A DNA stretch of 64,000 nt from an uncultured Chryseobacterium sp. (GCA_964488095.1 CAZATP010000014.1:6553-70552), one strand, 5' to 3'; numbered from the stretch's first letter, positions 10,386 to 20,936 are shown. The notes: generated by a model not told the origin, from the letters alone. Program-made: numbers and translations.

Positions 10386-11342
10386 ATGATCGTTAAAAGG
10401 AATTTCTCCCCTCTAAAAGTCTGGGGCTATGTGAAAGGCCCAATGAGCCTATCGCTGGGCTGGTCGCTCGCGGTATGGCTCACTTTTCATCTCACGGGAT
10501 GGAAGGAGCTTGCGCTCAACTTCACGCCCATCGGTGTGCTGGGCTCGGCCTTGGCCATATTCGTGGCCTTCCGCAACAACTCGGCCTATGGTCGTTGGTG
10601 GGAGGCACGCACCTTGTGGGGAGGCATCGTCAATTCGAGCCGGGTGCTGGCAAGGCTGGTCATCACTTTCACTGACAGCCACGCCCTTCAGCCCAACTTC
10701 GATAAAGGACGCAGCGAGGACTTCAAGCGGGTGATGGTGCTGCGGTGCATAGCGTGGGTGCATGCGCTGCGCCTACACCTGAGGCGTGATGACGAGCGTG
10801 AGTGGACTGAGACGCTCCGTCCGCTGCTGCCTGACGATGAGTTCAACACAGTGATGGGAGCACAGAACCGTCCGAACATCATCCAACAACTGCAAGGGCA
10901 GCATATTTACCGCGCTATGGCCGATGGCACGCTGGGCGGGTTCGACAGCTTTCAGATGGAAGGCCAACTGCTGGCACTTGCCAACCATCAGGGCGGGTGC
11001 GAGCGCATCAAGAACACCCCGCTGCCGCGGCAATACGACTTCTTCACGCGCATGTTCGTTCTGCTGTTCGCCTTGATGCTTCCTTTCGGGATACTCGGCT
11101 TCTTCACGGCCGAGCACATGCTATGGCTCTCATGGCTCACGGTGCCGCTGTCGGTACTCATTGCGCTGGTGTTCATCATCATGGAGCGAACGGGTGCAGC
11201 TAACGAGGACCCGTTTGAGAACCTTGTGACCGATGTGCCGCTCAGCGCGCTCTGCAACACCATAGAACGCGACCTGCGCGAGATGCTAGGCGAAAGGGAA
11301 CTGCCTACTAAGTCGACACCCATTGACGGGTACCTTTACTGA
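10386..11342 (+). CDS. Bestrophin-like (UPF0187/YneE) putative anion channel
   Basis: About 300 aa with four TM segments and the conserved FRNNSAYGRWWEAR motif. Confidence 0.75.
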   Translation: MIVKRNFSPLKVWGYVKGPMSLSLGWSLAVWLTFHLTGWKELALNFTPIGVLGSALAIFVAFRNNSAYGRWWEARTLWGGIVNSSRVLARLVITFTDSHALQPNFDKGRSEDFKRVMVLRCIAWVHALRLHLRRDDEREWTETLRPLLPDDEFNTVMGAQNRPNIIQQLQGQHIYRAMADGTLGGFDSFQMEGQLLALANHQGGCERIKNTPLPRQYDFFTRMFVLLFALMLPFGILGFFTAEHMLWLSWLTVPLSVLIALVFIIMERTGAANEDPFENLVTDVPLSALCNTIERDLREMLGERELPTKSTPIDGYLY

Positions 11343-11363
11343 ACCTTCAAAATCCATAAAGAC

Positions 11364-11981
11364 ATGAAAATTGCCATCATCGGGGCCGGCAACGTAGGCT
11401 CGGCATTAGGAAAAGGCTGGGCTACGGCCGGCCACAGCGTCACATTCGGAGTGCGCGACCCGCATTCGCCCAAGACCACTAAGGCATTGGAGTATTTCCC
11501 CGAGGCGGTGGTCAGCACCGTAGCTGAGGCTGCCCGCAAAGCAGGGGTCATTGTAATCACCACACCGCCCGAGGCCATCATCGGCCTCATTCCCCAACTG
11601 GGCGACCTTAGCGGCAAGACCGTGATCGACACCACCAACAGTATCCGCACGCGGCCCGAGCCGTACGCCACGGCCTACCATGCCATCAAGGCACTGACGG
11701 GAACGGAGAGCGTGGTGAAGTGCTTCAATAGCACGGGTTTTGAGAACATGCGCAATCCAATCTACAAGGGAGAAGGAATAGACATGTTCATGGCGGGCAA
11801 CGATGCCAAGGCCAAGCAGCTTGCCGCACAGCTCTCTGCCGACCTCGGCTTCGGCCACTGCTACGATTTCGGGGGCGATGACAAAGTGGAGCTGCTGGAG
11901 AAATTCGCCCTTAGCTGGATCAATCTGGCCATCATGCAGGGGCATGGACGCGACCTGGCCTTCAGACTGGTGAAGCGCTGA
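11364..11981 (+). CDS. NADP oxidoreductase, coenzyme-F420-dependent-reductase-like (Rossmann NAD(P)-binding)
   Basis: MKIAIIGAGNVGSALG dinucleotide-binding motif. Length is 205 aa. Confidence 0.65.
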   Translation: MKIAIIGAGNVGSALGKGWATAGHSVTFGVRDPHSPKTTKALEYFPEAVVSTVAEAARKAGVIVITTPPEAIIGLIPQLGDLSGKTVIDTTNSIRTRPEPYATAYHAIKALTGTESVVKCFNSTGFENMRNPIYKGEGIDMFMAGNDAKAKQLAAQLSADLGFGHCYDFGGDDKVELLEKFALSWINLAIMQGHGRDLAFRLVKR

Positions 11982-12053
11982 GATCGGTGCATTGAAAAAA
12001 TTGATGCCCCTGTTTGCACAATCACGGATTCAATTACATTTGCAGCCCCAAAC

Positions 12054-12129
<76 letters not shown>

Positions 12130-12192
12130 GAATTAAAAGCAGATCCTCCCCAGTGGAGGATTTTCTTTTTGTGGATATTGCAAGTCCATCCT

Positions 12193-12277
12193 GCCCGGAT
12201 GGTGGAATCGGTAGACACGCAGGACTTAAAATCCTGTGGCCATTGCGGTCGTGCGGGTTCGACCCCCGCTCCGGGTA
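12193..12277 (+). tRNA. tRNA-Leu (anticodon TAA), class II with a long variable arm
   Basis: Acceptor gcccgga/tccgggt, D-loop aatcggtaga, anticodon loop actTAAaat, long variable arm gtggccattgcggtc, T-loop ggttcgacccc. Confidence 0.8.
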
Positions 12278-12339
12278 CATTTTGACGGACAGGCACGAGG
12301 TTCTGGACAAGTGCTCCGTATTTTCGTGGGCACCATCTC

Positions 12340-12636
12340 ATGGCAAGACGAACCTCCAACCAACAGCCGCTGAAAGACGTAATTGATGACTGGTTGAACA
12401 GTCATCCGATGGCCAACCGGGCCAAGGAAACACAGGTGACCCACATCTGGGGCGACCTTCTGGGACCGATGGTCCGCAAGCACACCTCGTCCATCTCATT
12501 CAGGAACGGCAGACTCACCGTCAAACTCGACAGTGCCGCCATCCGTCATGAACTCTCCTTCGCCCGCACCCAAATCATTGAAGGCATGAACAAGGAACTG
12601 GGCAGCGTCCTGGTGACCGAACTGGTGCTGAACTGA
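12340..12636 (+). CDS. DUF721 domain protein
   Basis: The 98-aa protein has the typical DUF721 pattern (WGDLLGP...RNGRLTVKLDSAAIRHEL). Confidence 0.6.
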   Translation: MARRTSNQQPLKDVIDDWLNSHPMANRAKETQVTHIWGDLLGPMVRKHTSSISFRNGRLTVKLDSAAIRHELSFARTQIIEGMNKELGSVLVTELVLN

Positions 12637-12656
12637 ATCCATACCGACCGAAACAA

Positions 12657-13976
12657 TTGAACCACACCTACATGCGTCTCACATTCCTACTCCTCCTGCT
12701 GCCCCTGCTCTCGTTTTCTCAAGAGGCATTTGAGGAAAAATGGCCCAATGGCAACCTGAAAGAACAGGGCACAACGGTCAATGGACAGAAAGACGGGATA
12801 TTCAAATCGTGGTATGAGGGCGGTGAACTGTTCTGCGAAGGGAGCTACAGGGCAGGTGAGAAGACAGGTCATTGGAAATGCTTCTATCGCAATGGCAAGC
12901 CCCTGAGCGAGCAGCATATGGAGAACGGTCGCAACTTCAGCTACTACGATAATGGCAAAGTTGAATTTGAAGGCGAAATCAAGGACGGACTGCGCCAAGG
13001 GCCCTGGAATCACTTTTTCCCTGACGGGAAAAAGCAGAAGGAGCTGCAATTCAAGGATGATGAGGAGAACGGTCGCCACTTGGAGTATTTCCAGAATGGG
13101 CAGTTGAGTGTGGAAGGCAACGTGGTCAATGGCAAGAAGGAAGGGCCGTTCAAATGGTACTATGAGAATGGCAAGGTTGAGATGGAAGGTCCTTTCAAGG
13201 CCGACCTGAGAGAAGGTGAATGGCATTTCTACTATGAGAACGGGACCTTGGGCAGCAAGGGAAGCTTCGCTCAGGACAAGATCACCGGAACATGGGAATA
13301 CTACTACGAGGAGGGCGGTCAGCTCTGGAAACGCGGTAATTTCTCCAATGGTCTGAAGACAGGTGAATGGAACCGGTTCTTTGAGAGCGGCAAGCCGTTC
13401 AGCCGAGGCAGTTTCAACAATGACAAGGAGACCGGGACCTGGGTCTCATGGCACCCCAACGGCAAGGAGAAGGAAAAGGGCGAGTTCAGTGATGGTAAGA
13501 TGGAAGGCAAATGGCTCGGCTTCTTCGCCAACAGCGAACCGCATTTCGAAGTGGACTACAAGGACGGGCTGCGCCACGGAAATGCAAAACTGTGGTATCC
13601 GAGCGGCATCGTGCAATATGAGAAGGGCTATGAGGCCGGACTGGAGCATGGCTACAGCAAAGAATGGCACGACAACGGCCAGCTACGTGCCGAAGGCAAT
13701 TATCTGAAAGGGTATAAGGAGGGGCTGTGGAAACTCTACTATGTGAACGGGAACAAGTTCCAAGAACTGAACTACATAGGGGGCAGACAGAACGGAATGG
13801 CGCAGGGCTGGTATGAGCGTGGCGAGAAATGGTTCGTGACCTACTACAAGAATGGACGCCTGCACGGCACCAACACCTACTGGGACAGGGAAGGCGCTGT
13901 CACACTGAAGATCAAGTACAAGGACGGCATCATGGAGAAAGTGCTGGAGAAGGCCGAAGGAGTGGACAAGTTCTGA
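12657..13976 (+). CDS. MORN-repeat protein (YwqK-like), secreted
   Basis: Signal peptide followed by at least 14 tandem repeats of about 23 aa, each with GxWxxYYENGK-like motifs. Confidence 0.7.
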   Translation: MNHTYMRLTFLLLLLPLLSFSQEAFEEKWPNGNLKEQGTTVNGQKDGIFKSWYEGGELFCEGSYRAGEKTGHWKCFYRNGKPLSEQHMENGRNFSYYDNGKVEFEGEIKDGLRQGPWNHFFPDGKKQKELQFKDDEENGRHLEYFQNGQLSVEGNVVNGKKEGPFKWYYENGKVEMEGPFKADLREGEWHFYYENGTLGSKGSFAQDKITGTWEYYYEEGGQLWKRGNFSNGLKTGEWNRFFESGKPFSRGSFNNDKETGTWVSWHPNGKEKEKGEFSDGKMEGKWLGFFANSEPHFEVDYKDGLRHGNAKLWYPSGIVQYEKGYEAGLEHGYSKEWHDNGQLRAEGNYLKGYKEGLWKLYYVNGNKFQELNYIGGRQNGMAQGWYERGEKWFVTYYKNGRLHGTNTYWDREGAVTLKIKYKDGIMEKVLEKAEGVDKF

Positions 13977-14044
13977 CCTTGTGTCCTTTCTGAATCAGCA
14001 TTCCAATCGCTTTGAATCGATAAAACGCTCAAAACCCCACCCCA

Positions 14045-14941
14045 ATGAAACTGCCTGTTGTTCTTTTCCCGATGCTGTTTGCGGCTGTGTTTGCAGGCTG
14101 CGAGTCGGACACGGATGACCAAACGCCCCAAGGGCCTCAGCTTGTTTTTCGCTTCAAGTTCGATTCACAGCAGGAAAGGCTCAACAATTTCGGACAGCCC
14201 AGCACCGTGCCACAGGGCAATGCGGCACAGTCGCCCATCTTCAAGAAGATGGCCGCACATTATGTGGAGATGGTGCCCACCGCACTCACTCAGCTCGGTA
14301 ATGGGCAGGTGCTATATCACGCTGAAGGGACCACTTTGGGAGGAAGCACCGCTATAGATTTTGACAAGACCACGGTCGTAGGGGAGAACGAGGTGTTCCT
14401 CTCTGTGCCGTTGAGCTCCATTGCAGCCGGCACCTACCCTTACATCAGGGTATCGCTGAGCTATCAGAAATACGATATCAAATTCAACGCCTCCGGTTAC
14501 AACCAATTGACCGGAACCCTGGCCTCGTTCCTTGGCTATAACACTTACATCCGCAAGTATGTCATCGGTCAGGAAGAGGTAACGCTGAACGCCAATGAAC
14601 TCCAGGGTTACTGGGGCTTTGAGACGGTAGTTCCGATTCCCGGATTAGGAAACTATGTGTCGGTCACGGAAGGGCGCGTGCCCGCAGGTGCAATCACTGT
14701 GCCCAACCTCTTGGCCTCGACCAGCCCCATTCCTGCCGGAAGCTGCCTGGTGACCGGAAGCTTCGTCACTCCGCTCGTCATCACCGGTAACGAGACCTCC
14801 AATATCGAAGTGCTGATATCCATCTCCACCAACAACAGTTTTGAGTGGAGCGATCCTGACGGTAACGGGCAGTATGACCCTTTGGACGGGGACGTGCCTG
14901 TGGACATGGGGGTTCGCGGACTTAAGGCCATCGTTGAGTAG
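14045..14941 (+). CDS. Hypothetical lipoprotein
   Basis: Lipobox FAGC after a signal peptide. No recognisable domain. Confidence 0.5.
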   Translation: MKLPVVLFPMLFAAVFAGCESDTDDQTPQGPQLVFRFKFDSQQERLNNFGQPSTVPQGNAAQSPIFKKMAAHYVEMVPTALTQLGNGQVLYHAEGTTLGGSTAIDFDKTTVVGENEVFLSVPLSSIAAGTYPYIRVSLSYQKYDIKFNASGYNQLTGTLASFLGYNTYIRKYVIGQEEVTLNANELQGYWGFETVVPIPGLGNYVSVTEGRVPAGAITVPNLLASTSPIPAGSCLVTGSFVTPLVITGNETSNIEVLISISTNNSFEWSDPDGNGQYDPLDGDVPVDMGVRGLKAIVE

Positions 14942-15004
14942 ATTCTCTGCTCCCGTTCATCGGGCCGGCATCTAAACGGTTCTTTCACATTAAAGGCTTT
15001 CACC

Positions 15005-17146
15005 ATGTCCCTTAGAATATCTATTGCCTTGGTGGTCATGGTGGCCACTGGACTAAACACGTTCGGCCAACGGAGGACCTTTCCCTTCAATCCGAAGGTG
15101 ACGATCGACCCTTCCAAGATTGATATCGTGAGGGACAGCTACGGAATCCCGCACATCTTCGCAAAGACCGATCCCGAGGTGGCCTATGGCCTGATGTGGG
15201 CCACGGCAGAGGACGATTTCGACACCATGCAGTTCCTGCTGATGGCCGCCAAGGGCCTGATGGGTGTGAGGGAGGGTGCCAATGGTGCCCGCATCGACTA
15301 TGCGGTGCAGCTCATGGGGCTTCACGATTTTGTGGAGAAGAATTACGAGGCAGAAATATCGGATGATTTCAAACGCGTGCTCGAGGCCTCGTGCCTGGCA
15401 GCGAACGCCTATGCCGCAGCGCATCCCGAAGAAGTGTGGTATGCGAAGGCATTTCCCGTGACCCCACAGGAGATCGTCATCGGCTACATGTTGGGCCAGA
15501 GCCTCATGGCGGGGGTTGACGGTGTCATCACCGGCATCATGGACGGCAAGTACACCCGCATCTTCAAACGGGAATACAACGACACGGGCATCGGCTCGAA
15601 CGCATATGCCATCCATTCGTCTCTCTCAGGAACCGGAGAGACCTATTTGGCCATCAACTCACACCAGCCCATCGAAGGCATCCTGAGCTGGTATGAGGCC
15701 CACGTTTGCAGCGAGGAGGGCTGGAATATTCATGGTTCGCTGTTCCATGGCGGAGTGAGCATCTTCCATGGCACCAATGAGCATCTGGCCTGGGCACACA
15801 CCACAGGCGATCTGGACATGGCCGATGTGTATGAACTGGAGATGCATCCACGGAAGAAGAACCTCTACCGTTTCGATGGGGAATGGAAGAAACTCGAGAC
15901 CCGAAGAGCGAAACTCAAGGTATGGTTGGGCAAGAAGCGCAACTTCAAACTCAACATCACCAAGAAGATGTGGTGGAGCGTTTACGGCCCCACGTTGGTG
16001 ACGAGGAAACATGGCACGTTCGCATTCCGCATGCCAACACTGTTCGAAGTGAAGCCTGCAGAACAATGGTACAGGATGAACAAGTCCACCAATTTCACGG
16101 AATTCTATAAGGCGCTCGAGATTCAGGGCATCTCCATGCAGAATATCACCTATGCGGACAGGAACGACACGATATTCTTCATTGCCAACGGGAAAGTGCC
16201 GCGCAGAGACCCGAACTACGATTGGGAACAGACCTTGCCCGGAAACACGTCCGCCACACTATGGACGCAATACCTCCGCGAGGACGAGCTGGTGCAGAGT
16301 ATCAACCCGGAGTGCGGCTACCTCTTCAATACCAACAACAGCATCTTCGACCACAGTTGCACGGCCGAGAACCCTGACTGCAAGAGCTATCCTGTGTCCA
16401 TTGGATACAGGCCGGAGAAAAAGACCAACCGTGGCATTCGGACCCAGGAGATCTTCGATGGTCTGTCGCAGGTGGACTATGAGAAGCTGAAGGAGCTCAA
16501 GTTCGATGTGCAGTTTCCGGACACGTTCGTTTTCCTCAAGGATTTCTCGATTGCCGACATGCTGCACTACACCTCAGAGGATGCGCCCGACCTTGCGGAT
16601 GTGTTCGATCATTTCCGCGCATGGAACCGGAGGGGCGACACCACCAATGTGCATGCCGGGCTGATCTACACCACATTCTACATGGTGTATAACGACAACT
16701 CGGTGAGCGCAGAGACCATACGAGACAGTGCCGAGGTTCGGAAACAGATGTTCCTGAAGCACATGCGAGCAGCCAAGGAACGCTTCATCAAGCATTTCGG
16801 ACGCATTGACGTGCCATTGGGACAGGTGCAGGTGCTGTCGCGCGGAGGGAAGGAATATGCCGTGGCCGGAGGACCCGATGCCATCCGTGCAGTGTATTGC
16901 AACCTGCGCGATGACGGGAAATTGCAGATGTGGCTGGGAGACGGTTTCGTGCAGATGGCACGGTTCAACAAGGAAGGGGTGAAGATTGAGAGCGTAAATG
17001 CCTATGGTGCAAGCAACAAGCCCTCACAGGCCCACTACAACGACCAAATGGAACTCTTCGTTAAGCACAAGTTCAAGCCCAACACCCTGAACAAAGAGGA
17101 GATTTATAGAACCGCGTCACAGGTCTACCATCCCGGTAGCAGATAG
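15005..17146 (+). CDS. Penicillin amidase / acyl-homoserine-lactone acylase family (Ntn-hydrolase, S45)
   Basis: The 713-aa secreted protein has the conserved N-terminal IPHIFA motif and a layout consistent with the S45 alpha-spacer-beta architecture. Confidence 0.65.
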   Translation: MSLRISIALVVMVATGLNTFGQRRTFPFNPKVTIDPSKIDIVRDSYGIPHIFAKTDPEVAYGLMWATAEDDFDTMQFLLMAAKGLMGVREGANGARIDYAVQLMGLHDFVEKNYEAEISDDFKRVLEASCLAANAYAAAHPEEVWYAKAFPVTPQEIVIGYMLGQSLMAGVDGVITGIMDGKYTRIFKREYNDTGIGSNAYAIHSSLSGTGETYLAINSHQPIEGILSWYEAHVCSEEGWNIHGSLFHGGVSIFHGTNEHLAWAHTTGDLDMADVYELEMHPRKKNLYRFDGEWKKLETRRAKLKVWLGKKRNFKLNITKKMWWSVYGPTLVTRKHGTFAFRMPTLFEVKPAEQWYRMNKSTNFTEFYKALEIQGISMQNITYADRNDTIFFIANGKVPRRDPNYDWEQTLPGNTSATLWTQYLREDELVQSINPECGYLFNTNNSIFDHSCTAENPDCKSYPVSIGYRPEKKTNRGIRTQEIFDGLSQVDYEKLKELKFDVQFPDTFVFLKDFSIADMLHYTSEDAPDLADVFDHFRAWNRRGDTTNVHAGLIYTTFYMVYNDNSVSAETIRDSAEVRKQMFLKHMRAAKERFIKHFGRIDVPLGQVQVLSRGGKEYAVAGGPDAIRAVYCNLRDDGKLQMWLGDGFVQMARFNKEGVKIESVNAYGASNKPSQAHYNDQMELFVKHKFKPNTLNKEEIYRTASQVYHPGSR

Positions 17147-17151
17147 ACCGG

Positions 17152-18117
17152 TCAGTCCTCAGAGCCTGAAATGGATCGTACCGACTTTATCTCCTGCAAC
17201 TTGCGCTGAATACTCAGACGTTTCTCGACCAATTGAAATTCATTGTATTTCCGGAGATGCGACAAAGCTTCTTCGGCATCACCAATGATTTCATAGGTCT
17301 CCGCTATCTGCTCATGCATTTGGGGCAGAATAGACCCGAAATGAATCTTCTCAGCATAGGCGAGAGCACGATTCAGGTATGAAATGGCTTCCGGAAACTT
17401 CCCTGCCTTCCGATAGGTGATGCCCAGATTCATGAGGGTGACTGCTGTTCCTCTTGTATTCCCCAACTCTTCGTCTATCAGAAGTGCCTCCTCCAATTTA
17501 TCAATGGCACCGTCATACTCTCCCTGAAAGACCATTACTCCGGCAATTGCACCCAGCATGTTTGATACGCCCTGCTTCCCTTCCTCACCGAGTTCGCGGT
17601 CAATTCCAAGTGCCTTAGCAAAATACTTGAGAGCCGTAATGTAATCCTCTATGTTAGCATAAATATGCCCAATGTTCCCAAGATTGTGAGCCAACATCAC
17701 ATCGTTGCCTGCCCGCTTGGCTGCCGCTGCACCTTTTTCGAAAAAGTCGAGTGCGTTGGCAGAGTCCTTCAAAGTACCATGCACGATACCGAGACCACAG
17801 TAGGAGTTTGAAAGCCCATCAAAATCCCCAAGTTCATCATAAATGACAAGGCACCTGGCGTAAGTTTCCTGAGCCCCCTCATTATCACCTGACTTCCACT
17901 GAGCATTGCCGAGTCTACGAAGAACCTCGGCCAAAAGTGCCATGTCATCGGTGCTTTCAGCAAGCTCAAGTGCTTCTTGGCAGACCAATAATGAGCGGAG
18001 AAAATCCGTGCTTCCTAGAGCCTCATTCAAATTCAACAACACATTGATACGTGCCTTTGCTTCCAATTGGGTTAAAAGCAGCACCTCCAATTCTGCTACA
18101 CGCTCCTTCTGCATCAT
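17152..18117 (-). CDS. Tetratricopeptide-repeat protein
   Basis: Multiple TPR units (ALxxYxKALxI-like repeats) and no output domain. Gene GC is visibly lower (about 48-50%) than its neighbours. Confidence 0.6.
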   Translation of the reverse strand: MMQKERVAELEVLLLTQLEAKARINVLLNLNEALGSTDFLRSLLVCQEALELAESTDDMALLAEVLRRLGNAQWKSGDNEGAQETYARCLVIYDELGDFDGLSNSYCGLGIVHGTLKDSANALDFFEKGAAAAKRAGNDVMLAHNLGNIGHIYANIEDYITALKYFAKALGIDRELGEEGKQGVSNMLGAIAGVMVFQGEYDGAIDKLEEALLIDEELGNTRGTAVTLMNLGITYRKAGKFPEAISYLNRALAYAEKIHFGSILPQMHEQIAETYEIIGDAEEALSHLRKYNEFQLVEKRLSIQRKLQEIKSVRSISGSED

Positions 18118-18167
18118 GTGATTATGTCGTCAGCTTAAACGCGATTCCTGATAAAGGTTTCAACAAA

Positions 18168-19538
18168 TCACATTTCTAATCTGAACCCATCATTCCCGAA
18201 AACAATGGGGTTGCCCACCGCGCGGTCGCGGTGCGATGGGCCGTTCTCCAGATTCAGCACACCACGTGGACAAACCGTGGCGCACATGCCACAACCTACG
18301 CACGAGGCACGAACGATGTTCTCGCCCCGCTGCGCATAGGCCTTCACATCGATTCCCATCTCGCAGTAGGTGCTACAATTGCCGCAGCTGATGCACTGCC
18401 CGCCATTGGTGGTGATCCGGAACCGGGAAAAGTATTTCTGAAGTAGGCCCAAGTAGGCCGCCATTGGACAACCGAATCGACACCAGACCCGCGTCCCCAG
18501 CAGCGGGTAGAATCCCACCCCTATGACCCCCGAGAATGCTTGGATGATTATGAACGCGTAAAGCTTCGACAACGTGTGTGAGAGCTCTCCAAAAATGCTG
18601 CCTCCGAGCAATGAATTGACCCAAAGCAGCACAGTGATGCCGATAATGACAAGCAGCACACTATGAATCATCCACCGCTCCACCTGCCAAGCCTTCAACG
18701 ACTTATCAGAAAGTTGGCGGAACGGGTCTCCGGCCGTGTTGGCAAGTCCACCGCAGCCACATACCCAACTGCAATACCATCTTTTCCCGAAAAAATAAGT
18801 GAGAATAGGCGTGGCGATGAAGGTCATGACCGCAGCGAACAGCAGCATCCACAGACCAAGACCGCCCTTGTCGAGTATCCATTGAAAACTGTAGTAACCG
18901 CCCTCGGGCCAGAAGTAATCGGGTTTCAGCGGCCAGAAGTAGCTGAAGTAGAACTCCGGCTGATCCATCGCCTTCAAGAACTGCGGAATCAGGAACGCAA
19001 AACCGAGCTGGAAGAACATGATGCTGCCCGTGCGCACCATCTGATAGTTGGAATGACGGTACTTGGCCATGGCGCGGAAACCCATCACCAGCACCGCGAT
19101 GGTATAGACTGCTCCGTAGAGGAACCAGCGGTCGGCCGCGCTGCCTGTGATGAGCTTGCTGAGAGGGTCGAAAATGCGCACGAGCGAAGCCTCGCTCCAA
19201 TAGCTCTCCGGCCCCCAATAGAGCGCAACATAGAATCCCGTAAGCACCAGCCCGAACACCCAAGCTGCCATGCCGCGATTTAACAATGAATGATGCCACA
19301 CGCCCTCATTCCGCACACCCTCGGGCCGCATCAAGAAACTACGCACGGCATAGACGGTCCCTCCCATGGGGCCGAGCACCACCGCCAGCCAAAAGAACAG
19401 CTGAGGGAACTCACCTCCCGGCCCGAATGCCGCGATGACCAACGCCAACAGTCCTAAAGCAAATGCCGCAAGGGCGATCCGCTGCACCACATCCTGCCCT
19501 TCGGGATAAGGATTGACGAGTGAGAGAGATGGAGTCAT
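18168..19538 (-). CDS. Membrane-bound polyferredoxin with two [4Fe-4S] motifs (NapH/MauN/CcoG-like)
   Basis: Multiple TM helices, then a CxxCxxCxxxCP-type motif pair at the C-terminus: CISCGNCSTYC and CVGCGMCATVCP. Confidence 0.65.
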   Translation of the reverse strand: MTPSLSLVNPYPEGQDVVQRIALAAFALGLLALVIAAFGPGGEFPQLFFWLAVVLGPMGGTVYAVRSFLMRPEGVRNEGVWHHSLLNRGMAAWVFGLVLTGFYVALYWGPESYWSEASLVRIFDPLSKLITGSAADRWFLYGAVYTIAVLVMGFRAMAKYRHSNYQMVRTGSIMFFQLGFAFLIPQFLKAMDQPEFYFSYFWPLKPDYFWPEGGYYSFQWILDKGGLGLWMLLFAAVMTFIATPILTYFFGKRWYCSWVCGCGGLANTAGDPFRQLSDKSLKAWQVERWMIHSVLLVIIGITVLLWVNSLLGGSIFGELSHTLSKLYAFIIIQAFSGVIGVGFYPLLGTRVWCRFGCPMAAYLGLLQKYFSRFRITTNGGQCISCGNCSTYCEMGIDVKAYAQRGENIVRASCVGCGMCATVCPRGVLNLENGPSHRDRAVGNPIVFGNDGFRLEM

Positions 19539-19592
19539 TGAAAAATTGAAATAAGAAAGCTGAATTAAGAAAATCGTCTTTTATTAGAAAAG

Positions 19593-20858
19593 CTACGATC
19601 CGACTTGAATTTTTGATGAGAACTCAGGATTGAAATCAGCCTTCTTCAATTCGCGCAATACTTTGTCAATGGACGCGCCTTCTCGTATCCATTGCTCGCA
19701 GACCGTGTGACGTAAACGGATGCCCAATGAATTGAAACCCAGCACTGCCTTGGTGTGGGCATCAAAAACTATACGCAACCCGTGTTTCCCTTTGGGATGT
19801 TCCCACCAGATGCTGTCCTGCCCTTCGGTCGGTTTCCTGGGAACGGTTCCGTAGGTGTGATACTCGATGTCGAAGAACTTGGCACTGTTGAACCAGATGC
19901 CGGGGCGGTATTCGGTCGGCTGCCCGCAGATGGTGGCGGCCACGGTCTCTCCCATCATTCGGCCTGTGTACCATACTTGCTCAACAGCCGCACGCCCGGG
20001 CAACGGTTCGCGATGCTGCACACAGTCACCGAGGGCATAAACGTCAGGTATGTTGGTGCGGAGGTAACGGTCAACGAGAATACCACGGTCGGTTTCCAAC
20101 GTGGTGTCTTTCAGGAATGCGATATTGGGATGCACCCCGGCCGTGAGCCCCACGAACTGGCAGGGCACTTCCTCTCCTTCGCTGGTGATGACAGCCTTTG
20201 CGCGGCCATTCTCATCGGAAAGGATTTCTTTCAATTCGGTGGACAGTCGTAGGTCGATGTGATGCTCGCGTATATGGCGGGTCACCATCTCCGATTCCTC
20301 CTTTGGTAGGACGTTGTTCCAGAAAGCGTTCTCACGGACTAGGAATGTGACGGGAACCCTTCGCGTGGCGAGCATCTCGGCCATCTCAATACCAATGAGA
20401 CCCCCGCCAACGATAACTGCACGGCTGATGCCCTGCGTGTCGCGCTCCATGCTTTCGAGGTCTTGCAGGCTGTAAAGTCCCTGCACGCCCTTGAGGTCCT
20501 GTCCCGGCCATCCGAACTTGTTGGGAGATGAACCTGTGGCGAGGATGAGGACATCGTAATCCATGCTTCCGCCATCAGAGAAAACGAGCTTCTTCCTCCC
20601 GAAATCAATCTCTGAAACGTGGGCCTTTTTAAGCGAGATGCGGTTCTGCTCCCAGAACCAATCCTCATAGGGTTTGGTGTGTTCAAAACGCATATGGCCC
20701 ATGTAGATGTACATGAGCGCGGTGCGCGAGAAGAAATGCTCACTCTCGGACGAGATGACCGTGATGGCGTCATCACAACGCTTGCGAATGTGCCGCGCAG
20801 CGGTGATGCCACTGATGCCGTTGCCGATGATGACGATGTTCCTCACGCTGCTGCCCAT
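19593..20858 (-). CDS. FAD/NAD(P)-binding pyridine-nucleotide-disulfide-family oxidoreductase
   Basis: Two dinucleotide-binding motifs, IVIIGNGISG and VIVGGGLIGIE. Confidence 0.7.
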   Translation of the reverse strand: MGSSVRNIVIIGNGISGITAARHIRKRCDDAITVISSESEHFFSRTALMYIYMGHMRFEHTKPYEDWFWEQNRISLKKAHVSEIDFGRKKLVFSDGGSMDYDVLILATGSSPNKFGWPGQDLKGVQGLYSLQDLESMERDTQGISRAVIVGGGLIGIEMAEMLATRRVPVTFLVRENAFWNNVLPKEESEMVTRHIREHHIDLRLSTELKEILSDENGRAKAVITSEGEEVPCQFVGLTAGVHPNIAFLKDTTLETDRGILVDRYLRTNIPDVYALGDCVQHREPLPGRAAVEQVWYTGRMMGETVAATICGQPTEYRPGIWFNSAKFFDIEYHTYGTVPRKPTEGQDSIWWEHPKGKHGLRIVFDAHTKAVLGFNSLGIRLRHTVCEQWIREGASIDKVLRELKKADFNPEFSSKIQVGS

Positions 20859-20936
20859 TTTCCAAAGGAATGGTCAAAGGTAGCCGAGGCGGGTCAGGCA
20901 GATGACGAACCTTCGGAGACGCGATGATTCACGTCT

